A stretch of 64,000 nucleotides of DNA from Candidatus Latescibacterota bacterium. GTDB taxonomy: Bacteria; Latescibacterota; UBA2968; UBA8231. Under the pieces are notes generated by a model. That model made no database searches. It was not told the DNA's origin and was given only the letters and a program-made list of their open reading frames with translations. The translations under genes were made by a program, and so were the position numbers. This document shows, in pieces, positions 57,379 through 64,000 of this stretch. Every line of letters begins with the position of its first letter. The stretch's first letter is position 1. The stretch lies in assembly GCA_965203355.1 (NCBI GenBank), contig OZ241889.1:2944001-3008000 (forward strand), given 5' to 3'.

Positions 57379-57817
57379 GGTCCAATACAGCGAAATTGAC
57401 CTCGATGTCGATGCCGGAGACAACCTCCCCGGGGCCGACTTCCACCGGCGAAGGGCGGTCGGCTTCGGGCAGGTAATAGCAGCCCAAAAGCGAGGTAAGA
57501 TCCCAGAACTGATCCTCGCGGCGCCAAGCCACGACAATCCACTGATATACGCCTTCTCCATCTAAGGGGACGAAATAGTCGTACGACTCGACCCGGAGCG
57601 CGACCTCGGTATCCCAGCCGTTGATTCGCAAAAAATCGGCCAGCGAAGCAGGGGGCGCGCGATAGACGGCCACGGCCACCTGCCCCACGTTGGCAGGCCA
57701 CTCGCCGACAAAGCGCAGCTGGCCAGCGATGCCAGCCTGCCCAGTGGCCTCGGCGTCGAGCCCGCGGTCGCAGCCCCAGCACAAGGCCAAGGCCGCGACC
57801 CAACGCCAAAACGGCAC
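57305..57817 (-). CDS. Lipoprotein associated with the TonB-dependent receptor
   Basis: Lipobox-like CWGC followed by DRGL; beta-sandwich-like body; overlaps the receptor start by 74 bp. Confidence 0.75.
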   Translation of the reverse strand: MPFWRWVAALALCWGCDRGLDAEATGQAGIAGQLRFVGEWPANVGQVAVAVYRAPPASLADFLRINGWDTEVALRVESYDYFVPLDGEGVYQWIVVAWRREDQFWDLTSLLGCYYLPEADRPSPVEVGPGEVVSGIDIEVNFAVLDHETDRSTALCERALPAELLAELGR

Positions 57818-57820
57818 GGC

Positions 57821-58324
57821 CTACTCGGCCGCGGCTGCCGCTTCGGCCGCGGCCGAAAGTTCCGCGACGTCAAATTCTGTATCGTCGATGGTTATAGTCC
57901 CGGTCGCCGATAAATCGGTGCCTTCGACGGCAATCGCCATGTCCAGCACGAGTTCGGCGTCCTGGGAGCCAGACAGGACAATCGTCCCGCTCAGCGGAAT
58001 GGGCGTCTCCGACGCCACGACGGTCAAGGTGCCGTTGATTATCAACTCGCCGTCGGGCGAATAATCCTGCAACGTCCATTCGTTGCCTTCGATGGTCACC
58101 GAGCCACCGCCCTCGCCTGCCACTTCCGTCCCACCGACCAACACGGTGAAGAAGACACTCGTAAAACTTTCGACCAACGTGCCGTACAAGCCAACAACGG
58201 CCGGCGGAATCTCAGCCGGCGGCTCAGGCTGCACGGGTGCGGCTTTGTCGTCGTCGCCACAGGCGGCCAGCCCCAGCGCGCCGCAAAGGAATAAGGCCGT
58301 TGTTTTATCCAGCCATTTGCGCAT
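57821..58324 (-). CDS. Highly acidic lipoprotein
   Basis: ATG 58324 after GGAGGA; lipobox LAAC followed by GDDDK and a Pro-rich linker; beta-rich body. Confidence 0.82.
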   Translation of the reverse strand: MRKWLDKTTALFLCGALGLAACGDDDKAAPVQPEPPAEIPPAVVGLYGTLVESFTSVFFTVLVGGTEVAGEGGGSVTIEGNEWTLQDYSPDGELIINGTLTVVASETPIPLSGTIVLSGSQDAELVLDMAIAVEGTDLSATGTITIDDTEFDVAELSAAAEAAAAAE

Positions 58325-58400
58325 GATACTATCCTCCAATTAAGGAATTAAGTACGCCAAGCCATGCCCGACGCACAGAATGGTAAATAGACCGCCCCGC

Positions 58401-59507
58401 TCAAGAGGCGATTTCGTGCCCCCGAACGTAGCGTCCCAAGGCTTTTTCGTCCAGCACACAGCCCAACCCCGGCTGCATGGGCGTGGGCACGTATCCATCG
58501 ACAAAGGGAATCGGCTCGACGATCAGATCGTCCTCGCGGGTCCAACTCCCGACAAAATCCGAGGCCATCGTGCAGTTGGGCGCGGCCGCGGCCGCGTGGA
58601 CGTATGCCGTATCGACAATCCCCAAGTCGTTGCCCGAGCCGTGCCAGCAACGCAGGCCCGCGGCAGCCGCTATGGCCGCGTTCTTCTGAAAGCCAACGAG
58701 ACTACCGCCCAAATTCAGGCAATCGACGACCTCGGCCTTAATGGCGCGGATGATAGCCGGTCCACTCCCCACGTGCATGGCCACCGGCAGGTTGATGGCC
58801 TCGTGGATCTGGATATAGCCTGCTAAATCGGACTTGGGGATTGGGTCTTCAAACACCTCGACATTGCCCACGGCCGCTAGCTGCTGCGCCAACTCAATGG
58901 TCTGCTCGGCTGTGTGGAAGCGCTCGTTGGGATCGACCGTCACCTTGAAATCCACCCCGCCCACCTCGCGCATGGCCGCGAGCCTTTCGACCATCGGCTC
59001 CTCGATCTTGCACTTGATCTTGACGCCTTTGAACCCGTGCGCGAGTGCGCGCTCGACCGCTCGCTTGCCGTCTTCCGGCGTCTGATGCCCCATCCAGTAG
59101 TCGGCCCGCACCCGGTCGCGCACCGCACCGCCCAACAGCGCGTGTACTGGCACCTGACGCGCCTGGCCCACCAAGTCAAAAACCGCCATCTCAAAGGCAT
59201 CGTACGCCGGACCAGCCCCCACCGTCGGCAGTTCCTCGGTGCCGTCGCGACGAGCAGCAAAAATATCCTGCGCGATTAACAGCTCAGGGTCTTTGCCCAA
59301 GAGTTGGGTGGCCCCCTCTCTGACTTGTTCTATGGGGACGCCGCGCCCGGTCTCGCCGAGGCCCACCAGTTCGGTATCCGTATTCAGGCGCACGATGTGT
59401 TTGGGCACTTGGTCCCACCCGGTTTCGGCGACCCATTCCGGGCTGTGTACCCGTCCGGGTATCGTCGGCACCACTACGGTCCAAATATGTACAGCCGTTA
59501 TTTTCAT
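58401..59507 (-). CDS. Enolase superfamily (mandelate racemase/muconate lactonizing-like) enzyme
   Basis: GLGE, EMAVFDL.G, LLGG, KIK, DPN, EDP, PGLG. Confidence 0.92.
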   Translation of the reverse strand: MKITAVHIWTVVVPTIPGRVHSPEWVAETGWDQVPKHIVRLNTDTELVGLGETGRGVPIEQVREGATQLLGKDPELLIAQDIFAARRDGTEELPTVGAGPAYDAFEMAVFDLVGQARQVPVHALLGGAVRDRVRADYWMGHQTPEDGKRAVERALAHGFKGVKIKCKIEEPMVERLAAMREVGGVDFKVTVDPNERFHTAEQTIELAQQLAAVGNVEVFEDPIPKSDLAGYIQIHEAINLPVAMHVGSGPAIIRAIKAEVVDCLNLGGSLVGFQKNAAIAAAAGLRCWHGSGNDLGIVDTAYVHAAAAAPNCTMASDFVGSWTREDDLIVEPIPFVDGYVPTPMQPGLGCVLDEKALGRYVRGHEIAS

Positions 59508-60568
59508 GGGATGAAACTCGTCCTTTCATCGACGGTCAGCGCAAACTCCGCCAATAACTGGGCGGTGTGGTCCAAGTCGGCCAAGGACGCGACTTCGACC
59601 GGCGTGTGCATGTAGCGCTGCGGTACGCTGACCAAGCCGGTGGCCACGCCAGCCCGACTGAGCTGAATAGCGTTGGCGTCCGTGCCCGTACCGGCTGGGT
59701 CGGCTTGAATCTGATAGGGAATTTTCTTCTTTTTGGCCACCTGTACCAGCCGCTCATGCACGACTGGATTGGCGTTGGCTCCGCGCAAAATGACCGGCCC
59801 GCCGCCTAGCTTGCACTCGCCGACTTGGCGCTTATCAATGTCTGGGTGATCGGTCGCCCAAGTAACATCTACGGCAAGGCCCACCAGCGGATCGATTCCG
59901 TAGGTGCTGGTCTTGGCTCCCCGCAGCCCCACCTCCTCCTGTACGGTAGCCACCGCATACACGGCGGCGCGGCATTTGCGCTTGGCGCGGCCGACCCGCC
60001 TGAGTGCCTCAGCGACGACCCAAGCACCGGCCTTATTGTCAATCCCCCGCGACATCACCAGTCCATTGCGTAGCTCTTCAAAGTTGGCGTCGTAGGTCGC
60101 CGGGTCGCCGATGGCCACCAGTTGCCGCGCTTCGTTCGCGTCGGCTGCGCCGATGTCGATCCACAAGTCGTGTTTGTCCGGTACTTTGGTGCGATCCGCC
60201 GCCTTCATCAGGTGGATGGGCTTTTTGCCCAACACGCCCAAGACCGGCCCTTGCGCCGTGTGGATGCGCACCTTGCGGCCCGGCACGATCTGCAAGTCAA
60301 AGCCGCCGATGGTGTCAAAGTACAGATAGCCTTTGTCGTCGATGTAAACGATCTGGAAACCCAACTCGTCGGCGTGCCCGGCGAACATGATCTTGGAGCC
60401 ACCCGCCTCGTTGTAGCAGCCAATGGTGTTGCCGTGTACATCGACTTCGACGCGGTCCGCGTACTTTTTCACGGCGTCCTTCCATACGGCCCGCACTGGC
60501 CCCTCGTAACCCGAAGGACCCGGGGCACTGAGTAAATCGACGAGAAACTGCTTGGATGCTGGGCGCAT
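59504..60568 (-). CDS. M42 family metallopeptidase
   Basis: GPSGYE, GHADE, IDNK, VQEEVG, GTDA, RYMHTPVE. Confidence 0.95.
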   Translation of the reverse strand: MRPASKQFLVDLLSAPGPSGYEGPVRAVWKDAVKKYADRVEVDVHGNTIGCYNEAGGSKIMFAGHADELGFQIVYIDDKGYLYFDTIGGFDLQIVPGRKVRIHTAQGPVLGVLGKKPIHLMKAADRTKVPDKHDLWIDIGAADANEARQLVAIGDPATYDANFEELRNGLVMSRGIDNKAGAWVVAEALRRVGRAKRKCRAAVYAVATVQEEVGLRGAKTSTYGIDPLVGLAVDVTWATDHPDIDKRQVGECKLGGGPVILRGANANPVVHERLVQVAKKKKIPYQIQADPAGTGTDANAIQLSRAGVATGLVSVPQRYMHTPVEVASLADLDHTAQLLAEFALTVDERTSFIP

Positions 60569-60583
60569 AAGTCTCCTTCTAGT

Positions 60584-62035
60584 CTAAATGTCATGTCGCG
60601 GTTTATAATAGGTGCCGATGGCGCAGACCGCCGCGTTGACGACGAGCCCAAGCACCCCGGCGTGAAAGCCCCCGATCATCGGCTTGCCGCCCAAGGTCAA
60701 CCCCACTGCCACCGCCAGCCCGCACACCATGCCGGTCAGCGCGGTCCGCGCCGACAGCCGCTGCCAGTACAGCCCCAAAAAGAAACAGGGCACAACCTGG
60801 ATGAGGATCTCGAACTTCAATTCTAGGAGGCGGACTAAGGTGATGTCCACGCCAATCGCCACCCAGACTAAGGCGATGACGATCACCCAAGTACTGATTT
60901 TGCCCACTTTTGTCAGCTCGGCCTCTTTGGCTTGGGGCCGGAAATAGGGCAGGTACACGTCCTTGGTGAACATCGACGAGATCGACAAGAGCGCCGAATC
61001 GGCCGTTGACATCAGCGCGGCCAGCGCAGCGGCGAAGACCGCCACCACCAGCCAGTAGGCCAGCGCGGAATCACCCATCACCATCGCGCAGAGCCGAGCC
61101 AACACTTGGTCGCTGTCTTCTCGGCTTAGCTCGGGCAAGGCCACGGCGGCCGTCAGGCCGCAGATCAAGGCTACCAAGGTTGTAGTAAGCGGCATGAAAG
61201 CCATCAGGATCAGCGAGCGTTTGAGCACCGCCACCGAGCGGCTGGCGTAGAGCCGCTGAATGGCCTGCGGATAAATGGCCGCACCGCACCCTAGGAGCAG
61301 AGCGTAGCTAATCCACTTGTTCGCGCCCTCCAAGCTGGGTGCTTGGACCTTGGACGGATCCATTTCGCTGAGTTGGGCAACCACCTGCGCCAAGCCTCCC
61401 CACTTTGCCGGAATGAGGAAGACCAAGATACCAAATCCCAGCAACAGGACCGCCCCCTGCATGACATCGGTCCACGCCACCGAGCGCATCCCTCCGAGGG
61501 TCTCGTACACGACCATGATCACCGCTAGGCCGATGATGCCGTACGCGGCCGGGACGGCCCCACTGGTGATCCCTTCTACGGCCGCGCCCATAGCCGCAAG
61601 CTGGGCCAGTGCGTAGTTGCACAAGGCGTAGATCATCAAAACCGTACTCAGCAGGGTCAGTACCGGCGAGGAGAAGCGATAGGAGATATAGTCACCCGGG
61701 GTGATGAACCCCTCGCGGCGCGCTAGTGCCACAAGGCGCGGGGCAAAGAGCATGTAGCCGACGATGACCGAAAACATAAAGAGCACCGACGCCGTCCACT
61801 CAAAGCCGATGCGATAGGTTTTGCCCGTGTAGCCAAAGAGTGTGTTGCCGCTGTATTGGGTAGCGTACAGCGTCAGGAAGAGCACGGCCAAGCCCATTGA
61901 GCGCCCGGCCAGATAGAAGTCGGCCATGCTGTTGGAGCGCCGCTTCTGCCGCGCAATCCAGCCCACGCCGATCATGGACAGCAGATACAGCCCCACCGCC
62001 ACGAGCGCGCCCGGACCAAAGGCCAGTTGGTCCAT
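60584..62035 (-). CDS. Sodium:solute symporter family protein
   Basis: FYLAGR, YETLGGMRSVAWTD, AALMSTADS; multi-TM. Confidence 0.95.
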   Translation of the reverse strand: MDQLAFGPGALVAVGLYLLSMIGVGWIARQKRRSNSMADFYLAGRSMGLAVLFLTLYATQYSGNTLFGYTGKTYRIGFEWTASVLFMFSVIVGYMLFAPRLVALARREGFITPGDYISYRFSSPVLTLLSTVLMIYALCNYALAQLAAMGAAVEGITSGAVPAAYGIIGLAVIMVVYETLGGMRSVAWTDVMQGAVLLLGFGILVFLIPAKWGGLAQVVAQLSEMDPSKVQAPSLEGANKWISYALLLGCGAAIYPQAIQRLYASRSVAVLKRSLILMAFMPLTTTLVALICGLTAAVALPELSREDSDQVLARLCAMVMGDSALAYWLVVAVFAAALAALMSTADSALLSISSMFTKDVYLPYFRPQAKEAELTKVGKISTWVIVIALVWVAIGVDITLVRLLELKFEILIQVVPCFFLGLYWQRLSARTALTGMVCGLAVAVGLTLGGKPMIGGFHAGVLGLVVNAAVCAIGTYYKPRHDI

Positions 62036-62275
62036 CTAGCCGGCCTCCTCGCCTTCGGTCCAGTAGCGGCGAATCACAAAGCCCGTCCAAGCGGCCAACA
62101 GCAGCACCGCCCCCAACGACACCGCCACCCAAAGCGGAAAGCCCAGCACCAGCGGCCCGCGATACCCGGCGGGCCAGTACCAAGGAACGGCCAGCGCGTA
62201 GAGCAGCAAATAGACGATCCAGACATAGCCGACCTTGCGCGGCTCGGCGACGAGTTGTTCTTGAGCATCATTCAT
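62036..62275 (-). CDS. Small 2-TM symporter accessory protein (DUF3311-like)
   Basis: PWYWP...PLVLGFPLW; directly upstream of the symporter; ATG 62275. Confidence 0.78.
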   Translation of the reverse strand: MNDAQEQLVAEPRKVGYVWIVYLLLYALAVPWYWPAGYRGPLVLGFPLWVAVSLGAVLLLAAWTGFVIRRYWTEGEEAG

Positions 62276-62462
62276 AAGCAGCAAATCAAAGCGCATACAC
62301 CGGAATTGACAAGGCCGCTTGCGCGTACGGAGCGTTCCACAATCGCCTTGGAAACGCTGGCCATCTCGCAAAAAAACCGGCCGCATTTACTTCGTTGGCC
62401 TATTTGGCCTATTTATATTTATCGCCTATTCCCAGTAAAATTAGGTCGCAGGAGGTTCTTCA

Positions 62463-63458
62463 ATGACCAATGTACGTCCCATCAGATGGGGCATTCTCAG
62501 CACCGCCAGAATCGGCGTCACCGCCTTCATTCCCGCGGCCCGCGCCACGCCCGGTGCCCAAGTCCATGCAGTGGCCAGCCGCAGCCAAGCCACCGCCGAC
62601 GCCTTTGCCCGCGACCACGATATTCCCGTGGCACTGGGCCGTTACCAAGCCCTGCTCGACCACCCGGACATCGACGCGGTCTATATCTCGCTGCCCAATT
62701 CGCTGCACGCCGAGTGGACCATCAAAGCCGCCGAGGCTGGCAAACACGTCTTTTGCGAAAAACCCCTCGCCGTCACCGCGGCCGAAGGTCGGCAAATGGT
62801 CGAGGCGTGCCACCAGGCCGACGTGCTGCTCTTTGAGGCATTCGTCTTTATGCAGCATCCCCAAAGCCACCGCCTCAAGGAAATCATCGCCGCGGGCGAG
62901 ATTGGCACCCTGCGCCACATTAACGCGGGCATGACCTACGTCATCGACGACCCCAGCAACATCCGCCTGATTAAAGCGTTGGGCGGCGGCAGTATGTACG
63001 ACGGCGGCGTGTATCCCGTCACTTTTTCGCGCTTCATCGCCGGCACCGATCCGGTTAGCGTCCAGGCGCACATGCGCTTTGCCGCGCAAGCCGGGGTGGA
63101 CGTGGCCACCTCGCTCATCCTCGAATACCCCGACGGCCTCACCGCGACCTTGTACTGCAGCTTCGAGGGCCGCGGCGGACCGCATGCTCTCATCACCGGC
63201 GATCAGGGTCGCTTGATTGTGCCCGCCCCGTACCATCCCGGGGCCGAGAGCCGCTTTGACGTGGTCATCGGTTCCAAGAGCCGTAGCGAGACCTTCCAGA
63301 CCGGCACCCCGCCATTCCAGCCGGCCATTGCCTTTTTCCAGCAATGTCTGCGCGGAGCAGCAACCCCGGCCTATATGGCCAACCACGCCGACGGTACGCT
63401 CAAAGTGGTCGAAGCGGCCTTTGAATCGGCGCGCAGCGGAAGGCGAGTGGAGCTATAG
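62463..63458 (+). CDS. Gfo/Idh/MocA oxidoreductase
   Basis: WGILSTARI, YISLPNSLH, HVFCEKP, GGGSMYDGGVY; RBS AGGAGG. Confidence 0.95.
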   Translation: MTNVRPIRWGILSTARIGVTAFIPAARATPGAQVHAVASRSQATADAFARDHDIPVALGRYQALLDHPDIDAVYISLPNSLHAEWTIKAAEAGKHVFCEKPLAVTAAEGRQMVEACHQADVLLFEAFVFMQHPQSHRLKEIIAAGEIGTLRHINAGMTYVIDDPSNIRLIKALGGGSMYDGGVYPVTFSRFIAGTDPVSVQAHMRFAAQAGVDVATSLILEYPDGLTATLYCSFEGRGGPHALITGDQGRLIVPAPYHPGAESRFDVVIGSKSRSETFQTGTPPFQPAIAFFQQCLRGAATPAYMANHADGTLKVVEAAFESARSGRRVEL

Positions 63459-63558
63459 GAAGGATTGCTCGGGGGGACGCTCGGGGATTCTCTTGAGCAA
63501 TTCCTCAACGGCTTCCCAAGCGCAAGCCGTGAGCAAGCCTCGGCATTGGGGTCTTGAG
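63459..63558 (+). pseudogene. Internally deleted DUF433 antitoxin remnant
   Basis: EGLLGGT-L-GDSLEQFLNGFPSASREQA; resembles DUF433 (ILGGTP...GDSL.EFL..FPSVSREQA) with the middle missing and no start codon. Confidence 0.62.
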
Positions 63559-63635
63559 TTCTGCTTGCGGATCTTTAGGGTATTCATCCCGATCCGATAA
63601 TCAGAAGAAGCACCAAAATCGCGTCGGGCGGTTCT

Positions 63636-64000
63636 TTAGGTTGCTTTCTCCAAAGAGCGCAAAATCGCCTGAGGTTCGCACGCCGCCACATAGAGTAACA
63701 CCCGTGCTGGTCCTTTAGGGACCCGATCACCGCGCTCCCAGTGCCGTAGGGTGCTGGGACTAATGCCCAAGGCGGCAGCAAAGGCCGTTTGGGTCATCCC
63801 GACCTGCTCTCGGATAGCTTTCACATCAATGCTTTTGGGCGGATGTACGACCGCCTCGCTTGGCTGGCCTGCCGCGTACTCAATCGCTTCAGTCAATCCT
63901 TGTTTAATACTCGCTAGCTGGTTCGTGTTTTTAGCGCGAGCGATTGCATCCAAGGCATGGGCTATAAAGGCGTGATCATCTCCGGCTTCTTCAAGGCAGG
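63636..64000 (-). CDS. Xre-HTH antitoxin (HigA/NadS-like) fused to an HI1420-like N-terminal part; 5' end outside the window
   Basis: Frame open to the window edge: CLEEAGDDHAFIAHALDAIARAKNTNQLA-SIKQGLTEAIEYA...DVKAIR...MTQ..FA...TLRHWERGDR.PKGPA. Confidence 0.8.
   Translation of the reverse strand, partial: CLEEAGDDHAFIAHALDAIARAKNTNQLASIKQGLTEAIEYAAGQPSEAVVHPPKSIDVKAIREQVGMTQTAFAAALGISPSTLRHWERGDRVPKGPARVLLYVAACEPQAILRSLEKAT

Noticed and set aside
62330-62430. Imperfect inverted repeat AGCGTTCCA/TGGAAACGCT and GGCCTATTT x2 in the divergent promoter region
   Set aside because: Short and could be chance; no regulator nearby to link them to
62460-63386. 308-aa minus-strand ORF
   Set aside because: Antisense shadow of the Gfo/Idh/MocA gene

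Overview
Mostly chromosomal, moderately GC-rich bacterial DNA from a diderm organism (lipoproteins, Lnt, TonB-dependent receptor, autotransporter), read with genetic code 11. The gene mix suggests an FCB-superphylum lineage such as Latescibacterota, possibly a marine-invertebrate (sponge) symbiont; this is inference only. Housekeeping genes: argG, mdh, a short sigma-70, tRNA-Tyr, hemW-lepA, rpsT, aspS, phoH-pgpH-ybeY-corC, tRNA-fMet, lnt. Also present are many catabolic enzymes (Gfo/Idh/MocA, DHDPS-like, cupins, amidohydrolases, PfkB, enolase-superfamily, CoA-transferase III) and a 12-Ig-domain autotransporter with recently duplicated repeats. The most interesting uncharacterised candidates are: (1) a MotA/ExbB-type membrane motor pair whose small subunit has Glu rather than the usual Asp, coupled to a membrane-anchored jelly-roll protein and facing two coiled-coil envelope proteins (994-5000); (2) a cysM-mec-cysO-cysK sulfur-carrier cluster whose carrier ends in a masked GG-Ser; (3) a TonB-receptor/lipoprotein/divergent GHMP-kinase uptake-catabolism operon; (4) an Lpp-like lipoprotein plus LysM pair; (5) decayed or recombined toxin-antitoxin loci (truncated yefM, yoeB with a 6-bp duplication, a chimeric antitoxin, DUF433 remnants). 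No CRISPR array, rRNA, integrase or transposase was seen. All family calls come from motif recognition by eye; no searches were run.
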